Notes under the pieces: model-generated
Databases searched by the model: none
What the model saw: only the letters and a program-made list of their open reading frames with translations
Told to the model about the DNA's origin: nothing
In this document: piece by piece, positions 1-10,704 of the stretch
How positions within the stretch are numbered: position 1 is the first letter of the stretch
Layout: each line of letters opens with the position of its first letter
Assembly: GCA_029856045.1 (NCBI GenBank)
Contig: JAHQWG010000012.1
Coordinates: 96,001-160,000, forward strand
Origin: Promethearchaeia archaeon
Lineage (GTDB): Archaea; Asgardarchaeota; Lokiarchaeia; Sigyniarchaeales; SOKP01
Direction: 5' to 3'
DNA length: 64,000 nucleotides
Position numbers and translations under genes: made by a program

Positions 1-2
1 AT

Positions 3-341
3 GATGTTTTTAATTTTCCAAATCAACACCAAACACCGATCCCCGGTGTACCTTACCCAAAAATCGGGTATTGGGAAGGAACCAGTTTTGATTTAGTCGA
101 ATCTATAGAAGATCTTCTTGAAGGAAAGGAGCCATCAAGTGAGAAAAATTTATTAAATAATTCATGTCCAGTCGATATGAGAAAGACAGAAAGTATGATG
201 TGGCAGAGAAAAAGTTATGGAATAAATAACGTTAATTATATTCGAGGTGATCAGAGATATGGCTGGACCCAACTTGTTCCCGATATCCTCGTTGTATATT
301 GGATTGCCAGATATTTAAATATAATACCTAAAGGAAATTAA
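3..341 (+). CDS. 3' end of a hypothetical protein (partial, runs off the window start)
   Basis: Open frame 3 from the edge to TAA at 339-341: ...CPVDMRKTESMMWQRKSYG...PDILVVYWIARYLNIIPKGN*; ends 16 nt before the next gene. Confidence 0.75.
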   Translation, partial: DVFNFPNQHQTPIPGVPYPKIGYWEGTSFDLVESIEDLLEGKEPSSEKNLLNNSCPVDMRKTESMMWQRKSYGINNVNYIRGDQRYGWTQLVPDILVVYWIARYLNIIPKGN

Positions 342-357
342 TGGAGGGTGGTAAGCA

Positions 358-1875
358 ATGCAAGAAGATAAAATGGCAAATATTTCATTTAAGAGATTAA
401 ATATAATCCCAATTATAAGTGGGCTAATTCTAATCGGGCTAGCATTTATAAATATTCCATTTTTAATAGATGAGGAGGGAAACTTCTACTTTGAACTTTT
501 AGAGCAACCAGGAATAACGTTTATTATTGAAATGAATATTTACATTTTTATTGGCATAATTCCAATTATTTTTGGACTAATTTTTATAATATTTTCTTTA
601 ATGACCTCCCGGACTATTACACTCAATTTTCTAAAAAAAAATGATACGAGCTCATTGGAAATAGAATATATTAAAATTCCAGTTTTTAAAAATCTCCTTG
701 AGACTAACGAGAGATTATCTTTACCAACTAAAATCCAACAAATTATTATTGGAAAACGGCATCAGAGATTTGTAGCTTGGGCCTCATTTGCATTAATATT
801 CTTTCTTGTATATTTACTTACTGATTACATAAATTTCTTAAATTTATCTTTTAATATGTTTTTTATTTCTGGAGGAATTCCTATATCAACACGATGGATG
901 TTAACGATAAACATTTTATTATTGCTAATAGCAGCATTTCTGATTGTTCTATTTCCAAGAAGATTTTTTCAATTGGATACGCCTGATGATTTTATTAAAT
1001 TTGATTATAAATCATTCCAATTAGAGAGAATATCAGAAGAGAGTAAGAAGATACAAATATTGGATGTATTTGAATTGGTACAAGAAGAAAAAGGAAAAAG
1101 TATAAAGAAAGAAGATACAATAAATGTTGATAATCTGAAAGTACCTCTCGAAGAAGTCCCTAATTCTCATACTCCATTATTTAATTTAATTTTAAGTTAT
1201 GCTTTTATAATATTAACAATAATTATTCAACTAATTCCGGATTTCTTTTTACTCGATTTTACGGCGGACATTAAATATTTTATTACTTTTAATTCGGTTT
1301 ATTTCTTTATACGCTTACATCACAGTTATTGGATTACAGAACAATCAGTGGAAGTAAAAGAAGATTCATTAACATGTGTTAGAAAAAATCCAATTGCTGG
1401 TACATGGGCAAATTATAATAATTTTAATTCAATAAATAAGGAATATAAGCCATATAAACCTCACTATTTGGAATATTTTGTTGTATTTTTCCTGTTAGTG
1501 GAAGTGATTTGGGTGATTTATAATCTTTTATATTTCCCAAGTTATTTTTTGACAAATCCATACACTTTTGGTTATATTTTAACAGTGATCGGAATAATTG
1601 TGTTTATTTTCTTTGAATTTAATACGCCATCTTCCACAGTTTCATTGACGCCAGAATTTCAATCTAGAGAAAGTAAAACAGAAAAATTCTACTTATTTTT
1701 TCCAGTAAATTTTATTGAAAAAATTCCAAGATTTAAAGATGCGTATAAATCGAAAAATATTTATGATATTTTAAGGATTAATTTGATATTATTAATTCCA
1801 ATTATTTTTGGGGTTATTTGGGTAATTTTAAGCGCCCTCGGATTACTCCCGCCATTAGAATCCACAATATTTTAG
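358..1875 (+). CDS. Multi-pass membrane protein, unknown function
   Basis: 505 aa, about 9 hydrophobic segments alternating with soluble beta-rich loops; GGTGG SD-like motif 6 nt before ATG. Confidence 0.8.
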   Translation: MQEDKMANISFKRLNIIPIISGLILIGLAFINIPFLIDEEGNFYFELLEQPGITFIIEMNIYIFIGIIPIIFGLIFIIFSLMTSRTITLNFLKKNDTSSLEIEYIKIPVFKNLLETNERLSLPTKIQQIIIGKRHQRFVAWASFALIFFLVYLLTDYINFLNLSFNMFFISGGIPISTRWMLTINILLLLIAAFLIVLFPRRFFQLDTPDDFIKFDYKSFQLERISEESKKIQILDVFELVQEEKGKSIKKEDTINVDNLKVPLEEVPNSHTPLFNLILSYAFIILTIIIQLIPDFFLLDFTADIKYFITFNSVYFFIRLHHSYWITEQSVEVKEDSLTCVRKNPIAGTWANYNNFNSINKEYKPYKPHYLEYFVVFFLLVEVIWVIYNLLYFPSYFLTNPYTFGYILTVIGIIVFIFFEFNTPSSTVSLTPEFQSRESKTEKFYLFFPVNFIEKIPRFKDAYKSKNIYDILRINLILLIPIIFGVIWVILSALGLLPPLESTIF

Positions 1876-1882
1876 ATGGGCT

Positions 1883-3259
1883 TTATTCAAATAAAATTTC
1901 TTCTAATTCTTTTATTGCTTTATCAATATTCTTTTCTTCGTCATATTCGGCTGAAATTATAACAGCATCTCTAGATAACGAGAGTTTTACTGTAATATTA
2001 ACACCGTCTTTTATTATTTTAACCTCGTTGATAATATCGATGTATTCTAAATTGTGTTTTTCTATTTTTTGAGTTATAAATTCATGAAAATTATCAATAA
2101 ATTTTGAATCTACAGAAATTTTTTTACTGATTTTATTAGTTTTAGGAAAATTTCGAGTTAAATCGCTTAATAAACTTTCTTTTGAAGCCACAATATCTAA
2201 AATCTTAATTAGAGTAAGATTACCGTCTGAAATCGGCCCAAAATATGGAAAATAAAATTCAAAAGAATCTGAGGCGGCAAAACAAGCTCTAGCCTCCCTT
2301 ATACTCCTTGAAATTATACCAGGTTTGGATTTTTTCTTTATAAGATCAAAACCTTGACCATTTACATAATCGTCCAATACTTTTGATGAGGTTTCTGACA
2401 CAATTACACTATTTGGTTTTGATTCTTGAATTTTTTCATCGAAAGTAATAAAGAGCATGAAAAGATCCTCAAAATTAATCTCAATTCCAGACTCATCAAC
2501 TATTATAAATCTCTGACCATCGCTCGAGAAACATATTCCCAAATCACTATGACTAGCTCTGACGATATCTGCGCAATTTCTTATTGTATTAATACTAGGA
2601 ACTGATGCTTTTACTTTTTTTTCTTGGTGGAATGTATTCAAGGCAACTACATCTACATCCAAACTGCTGAGTAAATTTGGTGTTATTTGGCCAGTCGGAC
2701 CAAAGGAACAATCAACAACAACTTTTAAGTTAGTATCAGAAATTTTAGCTTTATTTACAAATTGAGGGAGCGCTTTCATATAAATATCTACTGTATGTGG
2801 GATACTAGATATTTTTCCTATATTTATTGGTTCTGCTCTTCTTATATTTTTAGGAAACTTTTTAGATGCTCGAACTAATTCTTCTAATTGAGATTGAGTA
2901 TATATGAAGCCACCGGCATCCAGAAATGTAATCTCTACATCGTTATTGTATAGATGGCCCGTTGAGAAATACGCTCCACCGCTGGCTCCAAATCTCCTTA
3001 TTGAAAATTGTAAAAGCGGAAATGTTGTATCATGAAGATTTAATAGGTCCACACCAGTCGATAAAACACCTGCAGCGTAAGCTCTTTTTAACATACGAGA
3101 ATCTTTATGAAAATCTCTAGCCATAACGAGTATATCATTTGGTTTTAAAGTAGATCCGTGAAGAATTCCAAGGACAGTTGACATCTCTGGGGGTAAACTT
3201 TCATTAACTCTTCCAGCGATAATACCCCGCTTTAAGATATTCCCTAGTTCGAAAGTCAT
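1883..3259 (-). CDS. Phosphomannomutase/phosphoglucomutase-fold protein with degenerate active site
   Basis: ARDFHKDSRMLKRA, VVVDCSFG and overall alpha-phosphohexomutase layout; catalytic loop reads STGHL instead of TASHN and metal loop SSDGQR instead of DxDxDR. Confidence 0.85.
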   Translation of the reverse strand: MTFELGNILKRGIIAGRVNESLPPEMSTVLGILHGSTLKPNDILVMARDFHKDSRMLKRAYAAGVLSTGVDLLNLHDTTFPLLQFSIRRFGASGGAYFSTGHLYNNDVEITFLDAGGFIYTQSQLEELVRASKKFPKNIRRAEPINIGKISSIPHTVDIYMKALPQFVNKAKISDTNLKVVVDCSFGPTGQITPNLLSSLDVDVVALNTFHQEKKVKASVPSINTIRNCADIVRASHSDLGICFSSDGQRFIIVDESGIEINFEDLFMLFITFDEKIQESKPNSVIVSETSSKVLDDYVNGQGFDLIKKKSKPGIISRSIREARACFAASDSFEFYFPYFGPISDGNLTLIKILDIVASKESLLSDLTRNFPKTNKISKKISVDSKFIDNFHEFITQKIEKHNLEYIDIINEVKIIKDGVNITVKLSLSRDAVIISAEYDEEKNIDKAIKELEEILFE

Positions 3260-3393
3260 CGTAGATCAACTTTTACAAAAATAAATTAATTTATAATTTT
3301 TAATTAATTTTATGGAAAGAATAAAATTAAGGAATTTAATTTTATAGATAAAATAATAAATTTTCTTTCATAGAATATTGATAAAATGAAAAA

Positions 3394-5136
3394 TTGGATT
3401 TGATAAATAAAATGACTGTAAAAAATGTTATTGGGAGTTTTTCTTTTGTCCTTCATGCTCACTTACCATGGGTTATTAACCATGGAAATTGGCCTCATGG
3501 GACATCATGGTTAAACGAGGCAGCAAGTGAGACCTATATACCAATTTTGAATATTTTAAATGAACTTATAAGTGAGGGCTATACTCCAAAAATAACAATT
3601 AGTCTGAGTCCTCCATTAGTTGCAATGTTAAAGCACAGTTCATTCAAGGCTGATTTTAATGCGTATTTAGATACAAAAATTGATGCATCTATCCATGATA
3701 TTGAGGAATTCACCAAATATAAGTTTGAAAATCTAATAAAAACTGCCCATGAATGGGAAAAATTCTACACAGGAATAAAAGATAATTTCAATCATAATTA
3801 CAATCAAGATATAGTGAATGAATATAAGAAACTTCAAGATAAAAATGTAATAGAATTAATGACATGTTTTGCTACACACGGCTATTTTCCTTTACTAGGA
3901 AAGGATAGTTCAGTAAATGCTCAAATTAAAATTGCAAAGGATTATTATAAGCGAATTTTCGATCGTGAGCCGATTGGAATCTGGCTTCCGGAATGCGGTT
4001 ATAGACCGGCATATAAATGGAAAAATCCTTTAACTGAAGAGGAATATTATAGGGAAGGTGTGGAATATTTTCTTGCAAAGCACGGTTTTCGTTACTTTAT
4101 CGTAGATACACATTCAACAATGGGGGGCGAAACTAAAGGTGTTTATCTTGAAAGGTTTCCTATATTGCTAGAGTTATGGGAGCATTTCAAAGTAAAATAT
4201 CAACCTTTAGAAATAAAATTTGACAGAACACCCTATGAACCTTATTTATTGGAACCAAGACCAAATTTACCACCAGTTGCTATTTTTACAAGAGATGAAA
4301 AAACGGGTCTCCTCGTTTGGTCGGGTGAGCATGGATTTCCTGGAGATGGAAACTATTTAGACTTTCATAAAAAGCATTATCCCGGAGGAAATCGATATTG
4401 GAAAGTTACTGGAGCAAAAATAGATATTGGGCAAAAAATGGAGTATTATCCAGGAGATATAGAAAAACGTCTGGAAGAGAATGCATCTCATTTTAAAAAT
4501 CAAGTAAAAGATATATTAAATGAATATAAAAGTAAGAATAATGGATCTGGTGTGGTTGTAGCTCCGTATGATTGCGAGCTTTTTGGTCATTGGTGGTTTG
4601 AGGGACCTCGATGGTTGAAAAAGATATTAAAATGGATGGAAGATGACCCGGAGGTTGATCTTACAACATGTTCAAGGTATTTGAATCAACATCCTCCAAA
4701 TAAAATAATCTCTTTGCCTGAAGGGTCGTGGGGGCTTTCTGGATGGCATAATACATGGTTAAATGATTGGACTTCTTGGTCATATCACTATATTTACGAA
4801 TGTGAGGAAAAAATGGAAGAAGTAGTTGAAAAATATTATGCTTCAGCTGATAAAAATTTGAAAGATATTATTGAACAGTTAGGGAGGGAACTTTTACTTC
4901 TTGAATCCAGCGATTGGCAATTTTTAATAAGCACATGGACAGCTAGAGATTATTCAGAAAATAGAATTGCAGAACATTATGAAAAATTTATTCGTTTGTA
5001 TGATATGGTGATGAAATATGGAAATAAGGAATATGTGGATGAAGGAGAATGGGAATATCTTGGAATGGTTAAGGACAGCGACTCCATATTCGAAAAATTA
5101 GATGCCAATGCATTTAAGCCATTCAAATATGATTAA
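3394..5136 (+). CDS. GH57 1,4-alpha-glucan branching enzyme (DUF1957 type); likely start ATG 3412
   Basis: FVLHAHLPWV, ETYIP, THGYFPLL, GIWLPECGY, APYDCELFGHWWFEGP, RELLLLESSDWQF motifs. Confidence 0.92.
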   Translation: MDLINKMTVKNVIGSFSFVLHAHLPWVINHGNWPHGTSWLNEAASETYIPILNILNELISEGYTPKITISLSPPLVAMLKHSSFKADFNAYLDTKIDASIHDIEEFTKYKFENLIKTAHEWEKFYTGIKDNFNHNYNQDIVNEYKKLQDKNVIELMTCFATHGYFPLLGKDSSVNAQIKIAKDYYKRIFDREPIGIWLPECGYRPAYKWKNPLTEEEYYREGVEYFLAKHGFRYFIVDTHSTMGGETKGVYLERFPILLELWEHFKVKYQPLEIKFDRTPYEPYLLEPRPNLPPVAIFTRDEKTGLLVWSGEHGFPGDGNYLDFHKKHYPGGNRYWKVTGAKIDIGQKMEYYPGDIEKRLEENASHFKNQVKDILNEYKSKNNGSGVVVAPYDCELFGHWWFEGPRWLKKILKWMEDDPEVDLTTCSRYLNQHPPNKIISLPEGSWGLSGWHNTWLNDWTSWSYHYIYECEEKMEEVVEKYYASADKNLKDIIEQLGRELLLLESSDWQFLISTWTARDYSENRIAEHYEKFIRLYDMVMKYGNKEYVDEGEWEYLGMVKDSDSIFEKLDANAFKPFKYD

Positions 5137-5184
5137 TAAAGGACAATTTTTTTCCCTTTCTATAAAAAAATAAATAAGAAAAAG

Positions 5185-6336
5185 TTAGATTTCGGAGCCC
5201 ATTTCAATGGATTTATCGGAAATGACCTTATCATCGCTGATTCTACAGTTTGGACCAATAATTACGTTATTTAAAACAGCATTGTTCCCAATGGTGCAAT
5301 CATTACATATTATTGAAGAGTTAATTTTACATCCAGCACCAATAGATACATTATCCCAAATAACAGTTTTATCTATAATTGAATCTTCTTTAATTTCCAC
5401 ATTTGACCCAATTGATGATAATTCTTTTATTTGAACATTATTTTTTAAACACACATTATCCCCAAAACAAGTCATTTTCTTAATATTAACAGAACCTTCT
5501 GTATCGATTATTTTGGTCGTCCAAATATTATCATCTTCATTTCCATTGGGAGTTATAGGCCAGCCATATTTTCTTAGAAGATCCCAGTTTGCCCAAAGAT
5601 ATGTTTGTGGATTACCAACATCAAGCCAGTAATAATTTTCAACAAAACCATATAGATCATAATTATTTGCAAGAAGATATGGAAATACATCACTTCCAAA
5701 ATCTACAAGTGGTTGACTTTCTAAAATGTCTAGAATTTTTACATCAAATGCATAAATTCCCGTATTTATAATGTTTGTGTGAAGAAATAGGTCAGCACGT
5801 TGTGCCATACCACTTACGTACAGTTCCATGGGTTGAGGCTTTTCTAAAAAAAGATAAATTTTCCTATTTTTATCTAATAAAACTACTCCATACTGGGATG
5901 TATGACTCTGCACCATTTTCATGGAAATTGTAGATATTCCATTTTTTTCACTGTGAAATTGCATAAAATTTTTCATTGGAAGGTTAGTTACAATATCTCC
6001 CATACCAACAATAAATTTTTTACTGTCAATATTCTCACGGCATTTTTTTACAGCATCCGCAGTTCCGCTAGAATCTTGAATTAAATATTCTAATCTTACA
6101 TCTCCTAATTTATCCTTTGTCCATTCTTTTTCCAAATGTTCTTTTAAAAGATTACCCCTATGAGCTAATGCAATAATAATATGTTTAATTCCTGCGTATT
6201 TTACGTGATTTATGGCATAGTCGATCATTGGTTTGTTTGTGACCTTAACAAGAGGCTTGGGAATTATAGATGTAAGTGGCTGTAGCCTTTTCCCAATTCC
6301 ACCTGCTAAAATAACTGCACAAAATTCAATAGTCAT
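5185..6336 (-). CDS. NDP-sugar pyrophosphorylase (mannose-1-P guanylyltransferase/GlgC-like) with C-terminal left-handed beta-helix
   Basis: ILAGGIGKRLQPLT..PKPL, GTADAV, FLEKP, DFGSDVFP, YWLDVG; hexapeptide repeats. Confidence 0.9.
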   Translation of the reverse strand: MTIEFCAVILAGGIGKRLQPLTSIIPKPLVKVTNKPMIDYAINHVKYAGIKHIIIALAHRGNLLKEHLEKEWTKDKLGDVRLEYLIQDSSGTADAVKKCRENIDSKKFIVGMGDIVTNLPMKNFMQFHSEKNGISTISMKMVQSHTSQYGVVLLDKNRKIYLFLEKPQPMELYVSGMAQRADLFLHTNIINTGIYAFDVKILDILESQPLVDFGSDVFPYLLANNYDLYGFVENYYWLDVGNPQTYLWANWDLLRKYGWPITPNGNEDDNIWTTKIIDTEGSVNIKKMTCFGDNVCLKNNVQIKELSSIGSNVEIKEDSIIDKTVIWDNVSIGAGCKINSSIICNDCTIGNNAVLNNVIIGPNCRISDDKVISDKSIEMGSEI

Positions 6337-6466
6337 AAATCTTCAGATATAAATCTTTAATTTTTCTTAATTCGAACACAATTGGAAATTTAATTTAAGC
6401 CGTATAGAATAAGAGATTAAAACTCATTATAATTTAAATATTTTAATCAAATTTTTTTTAATTTTT

Positions 6467-7708
6467 TTAAGATTTTGATACAATTTCTTTTTTTTGAATG
6501 ATTTTTCTTAGTTCCTTAGCTACATTTTCTGGAAGTAATCGAGCTACTCGCATATCATCTGCCATTTCTGCCCCCCCTATAAACTCATATGGTAAAACAT
6601 CGCCAAATAGATGGAAATGGGATTTTTCATACCCATAGGGTTTCATATTTAGAATAATATTCCTATTTGGATTAACAAAGATGTCATTTAGAGCTTTCCA
6701 GATTATTTTTAGATTTTGTGCGAGTTCGTCAAAATAATTTTTATCAAGTTCATCTAATCGCTCAAAATGCTCATTTGGATAAAATCTGAGATGATAATTT
6801 CTTAAAGGACTGCCAGTTGCAAAAAATGTCCATAAATTTGTTTTTAAAACTATCCTAGAGCCACCACCATGATCTGACTTGCATAGACGACATTCACGTT
6901 CTCTCATCTCTTCAAACGCTTTAAGATGCATTTCTAATCGCGCCCCATGGCCATCCTCGTTTAGATCAATATAAACTTGCGAATGAAATCTTCTCTGACT
7001 GCCCCCTACGGGCTTCCCAATATTAAAAAACGGTGATACCGGAATATTCTTTATTCCTTTTTTATTAGCCTCATCAATAACATAATTTATTCCTGCAGTT
7101 GTTGATTGAAATACTTCAGATATTACATCATCCGGAATTTCTTCAAACTTTAAAGAATCATAATAATCCTGCGAAATAGTAACCAGATTTACACCATACG
7201 CCAGTCTAGAGTTTGAAGGTAAATTATTAATTATATAATCATGGATCGAATCTTCAATCCATCGAGCCATAGCAGGATATCTATTGATTAATGTTATTGT
7301 TTTTCCTTGAATATTCATGTTTCTTTTTGGTATGATACTAAAAGGCGAATCTAATCTTTTATTTCCATTACAAATAATTATTCCAAAACCATCACCAATT
7401 AGATTGCCTTCATTATCCTTTATTGGTTTTCCATTTAAAATTGCTTTAAAAGCATCATTATCTCCATTGTCATTATCCATATTGAATTTTCTTTTTCTTC
7501 TAACGGGAGAGATATAACTATAATGTCCGTAAATTTTTGATAAAACAATACTCTGTCCATTATCCTGTAGAATAATGGGTACGTTTGAAAGTGGATCCCA
7601 TCGTTTGATCGGGATTTTGGTTAGACTTGAAAAACTATGGCTGGAAATGATGCCGAATTGCATAAAGGGAATTTCCCACAATTCTAAAGTCCTTTTAGAT
7701 TCACTCAA
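6467..7708 (-). CDS. GalT/HIT-family nucleotidyltransferase (galactose-1-P uridylyltransferase or ADP-glucose phosphorylase-like)
   Basis: INRYPAM, FNIGKPVGGSQRRFHSQ (HPHxQ variant keeping the nucleophilic His), CRLC, HFHL, GAEMADDM..LPENVAKELR; extra N-terminal region of about 130 aa. Confidence 0.75.
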   Translation of the reverse strand: MSESKRTLELWEIPFMQFGIISSHSFSSLTKIPIKRWDPLSNVPIILQDNGQSIVLSKIYGHYSYISPVRRKRKFNMDNDNGDNDAFKAILNGKPIKDNEGNLIGDGFGIIICNGNKRLDSPFSIIPKRNMNIQGKTITLINRYPAMARWIEDSIHDYIINNLPSNSRLAYGVNLVTISQDYYDSLKFEEIPDDVISEVFQSTTAGINYVIDEANKKGIKNIPVSPFFNIGKPVGGSQRRFHSQVYIDLNEDGHGARLEMHLKAFEEMRERECRLCKSDHGGGSRIVLKTNLWTFFATGSPLRNYHLRFYPNEHFERLDELDKNYFDELAQNLKIIWKALNDIFVNPNRNIILNMKPYGYEKSHFHLFGDVLPYEFIGGAEMADDMRVARLLPENVAKELRKIIQKKEIVSKS

Positions 7709-7890
7709 AATGTCTAAATCAGTAATGATTATTTACTCCAAAAAAAATTTGTCATTAAATATGTTTCCTAATTTGGATTACTTATTATAAAACTTCATCT
7801 AATATAGAAATTAAGAAACAACTTTTATTAATTATTAATATTTTTTGATATCTATTATTATTTTTTTAAAAAAAATAAAAAAAATATTCG

Positions 7891-10620
7891 GTGATGATAA
7901 TTACTGAGTCTTTAATATTAAATCTAAGAGATATTACTGAAAAGGATATAAATAAAATAGGGAGTAAGGCTGTAAATCTCGGAATGTTAATTCAGAAAAA
8001 TTTTTCTGTTCCAGAAGGGTTTGTTATTACTATTGCTGCATATTCTTTATTTCGAGACGACAATGATCTCGAGACGACAATTCAAAATTTTCTTAAAGAT
8101 ATTGATTATTCTAATTATGAAACAATTGAGACTTGTTCAAGAAAAATCAAAGAAGAAATTGAACGAGCATCTCTCCCTCATAAATTGATAAAAGAGATGA
8201 AAAAAAGATTTGAATATTTGGATATAAATAATTTTGTCGTTCGCTCATCCGGTTTATCAGAAGATTTACCAACAGCTTCTTTTGCAGGACAATATGAATC
8301 TTTTCTAAATATTAAAAGTCTTGATGAGATACTTAAACATATTAAGCGATGTTACTCATCGGTTTGGACTAGTCGAGCAATTGTATATCGGAATGAGAAC
8401 AAAATTCCTCATGATAATGCTGAATTAGCAGTAATTATTCAAAAGATGATTCCAGCTAAGAGTTCAGGGGTCTTATTTACAGCAGACCCAATATCATTAG
8501 ACCGTTCAAATTTGCTTATCGAATCTAATTTTGGATTAGGTGAATCTGTTATGTCAGGAGTGATTAGTCCAGATCAATACACAGTTCATAGAGGTGGTTC
8601 AGTTAAAAAAGAATTATTTGAGATTCTTAAAAAGCGAATTGGCTTAAAAAATGTTGCTGCACACCCAAAATCTTCAGAAAATGAGAATGGAATTGAATAT
8701 ATCAAATTAACCGATGATATGAATAGAAAGTCTTCCCTTTCTGATGAACAAATCATACAGCTCGCCCAAATAGGGAGAGAAATAGAACATCAATTTGGAT
8801 CTCCACAAGACATTGAATGGGCAATAGATCGATCAAATCAAATCCATCTTCTCCAAACGCGACCAATAACCTCAATGAAGTCTGCTCAACCCGTTAAAAA
8901 AATTATTTGGAGTCGAGGATATTCTGATGATTATTGGAATGATTCTGTTACTCCTTTATTTTTTGATCTTTTAGGAGATCAATTAACGCTAACTGTAAAC
9001 ATGGAATTAAATAGTATTATGGGTTACCAACGCATGGAGAAAAAGTTAATGAAACCCTTTAAAGCGCATGTATATTTCAATCTTGATGTTTTGAAGCGAA
9101 AAGTAGAACATGAAATACCGGGGTTTATTAGGAATGAAGATCTTCTGAATTATTTTCCAGAAGGTTCTGGACCATTTGGTCAAAAAACTATAAAAAAACT
9201 ACCTTTTCGTCTTTTAAAGCGAATAGTTGCAGAATTAAGGGTAATGCTACATGATTCTGACGGTTCAATGACAAAAACTGATAAAAAGTATGAGACGTGG
9301 ACCCAAGAAGAATTTTTTCCATATTGCGATGAATTTGATTTACGTTTAGGAAATCTAATAGGAAGTGGAAATATTAAAGCTCTTATTGATTTAGCTGAAG
9401 AATTAGACCAAAAAATAATGGTTACTCATTTTCGTCTTGTTCGCTACGGAATACCTGTTCACAACATTGGGATGAATTTAATGGCTCAGTACCTACTAAC
9501 TCGATTTCTTGGAAAGAAAGAGATGCAGCGGTTATATCCGATATTAATTTCAAATCTAAAGCATAAATTGACCGAAACAAATGAACAAATACATGATCTT
9601 GCTGCATTTATTCGAAAAACCCCAGAATTAAGAGATATAATTCTCGAAAAGGATTCAAAAGAACTTTATATTTATCTATCATCCGAAAAAAATCCTGTTT
9701 TTAAAAGCTTTTTTGATATATTTGAAAGATTTTTACAGGAACATGGTGACCGCGGATTTACGAGAGAACCCTACTATCCACGTTGGAGGGACGCCCCTGA
9801 ATATGTATTTGATATCTTAAAATCTCTAGTCGCAGATGAAATTAAAGAAATAGAAAAAGAAAGTTCAAAAAGAACAATTGCTCAAGAAAATATTGATAGT
9901 TTTGTTCAGCAAAAAATCAGATCAACGAGATTGGGCTTTTTAAAATGGAAAATATTTTCAATAATTTTAAAGTTTGCTCGCAAATATATCATATTTCGCG
10001 AAAATCAAAGATTTAATCTGGATCGGTGGATTACAAGGAATCGACATGTTTTCTTAGAAATTGGAGAACAATTCACACGTCAGGGAAAATTACAAGATCC
10101 AATAGAGATTTTCTTTTTACACAAAAAAGAAATAAAAAAATTAGCTTTTCAGGATTTAAGCAACAAAGAAGTTAGTAAAATCTCAACTTTAGTCAAAAAA
10201 CGATATGAAGAATTTTTAAAATATGAGAATATTATACCACCAAAATTCATCGAAGGTTCGCAGGAATTCAGAGATCCAACTCAATTTACAAAAGAAAGTC
10301 ATTCATTTCGAGGAATTCCCGCAAGTCAAGGAATTAATACCGCTCCAATACGTGTATTAACTAAGATTGAGGATATACCAAGTGTTGAAGCAGGTGAAAT
10401 TCTCGTAGTTCCTCGAACAGACCCTGGTTGGACCCCCATTTTTTCGAAAATTGCAGGCTTAATCACAGAAACAGGCGGTATTCTTTCCCACGGAGCAGTT
10501 ATATCGAGGGAATACGGCGTTCCAGCTGTAACAAATATTCCAAATGCATGTCAACTTTTCCAAACAGGTCAAGTTGTCACAATTAATGGTAATAATGGCT
10601 GGATTACACTTCAAAAATAA
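7891..10620 (+). CDS. PEP-utilising dikinase, rifampin phosphotransferase/PigC-like architecture
   Basis: N-terminal ATP-grasp (GSKAVNL, VRSS..EDLPTASFAGQYES, QDIEWA, LLQTRPIT), helical middle domain, C-terminal swivel domain TDPGWTP...GGILSHGAVISREYG. Confidence 0.9.
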   Translation: MMIITESLILNLRDITEKDINKIGSKAVNLGMLIQKNFSVPEGFVITIAAYSLFRDDNDLETTIQNFLKDIDYSNYETIETCSRKIKEEIERASLPHKLIKEMKKRFEYLDINNFVVRSSGLSEDLPTASFAGQYESFLNIKSLDEILKHIKRCYSSVWTSRAIVYRNENKIPHDNAELAVIIQKMIPAKSSGVLFTADPISLDRSNLLIESNFGLGESVMSGVISPDQYTVHRGGSVKKELFEILKKRIGLKNVAAHPKSSENENGIEYIKLTDDMNRKSSLSDEQIIQLAQIGREIEHQFGSPQDIEWAIDRSNQIHLLQTRPITSMKSAQPVKKIIWSRGYSDDYWNDSVTPLFFDLLGDQLTLTVNMELNSIMGYQRMEKKLMKPFKAHVYFNLDVLKRKVEHEIPGFIRNEDLLNYFPEGSGPFGQKTIKKLPFRLLKRIVAELRVMLHDSDGSMTKTDKKYETWTQEEFFPYCDEFDLRLGNLIGSGNIKALIDLAEELDQKIMVTHFRLVRYGIPVHNIGMNLMAQYLLTRFLGKKEMQRLYPILISNLKHKLTETNEQIHDLAAFIRKTPELRDIILEKDSKELYIYLSSEKNPVFKSFFDIFERFLQEHGDRGFTREPYYPRWRDAPEYVFDILKSLVADEIKEIEKESSKRTIAQENIDSFVQQKIRSTRLGFLKWKIFSIILKFARKYIIFRENQRFNLDRWITRNRHVFLEIGEQFTRQGKLQDPIEIFFLHKKEIKKLAFQDLSNKEVSKISTLVKKRYEEFLKYENIIPPKFIEGSQEFRDPTQFTKESHSFRGIPASQGINTAPIRVLTKIEDIPSVEAGEILVVPRTDPGWTPIFSKIAGLITETGGILSHGAVISREYGVPAVTNIPNACQLFQTGQVVTINGNNGWITLQK

Positions 10621-10704
10621 CCTTAAAAAAAGGAATTAAATTATTAGAAAAAAAATATTTATTAAATAAGTTTCTTTAGTTAATAATCAAAACTGTGAAT
10701 TTCA

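Noticed and set aside
7891-10620. PEP synthase (ppsA)
   Set aside because: Lacks the C-terminal PEP-binding barrel; the His swivel domain is terminal
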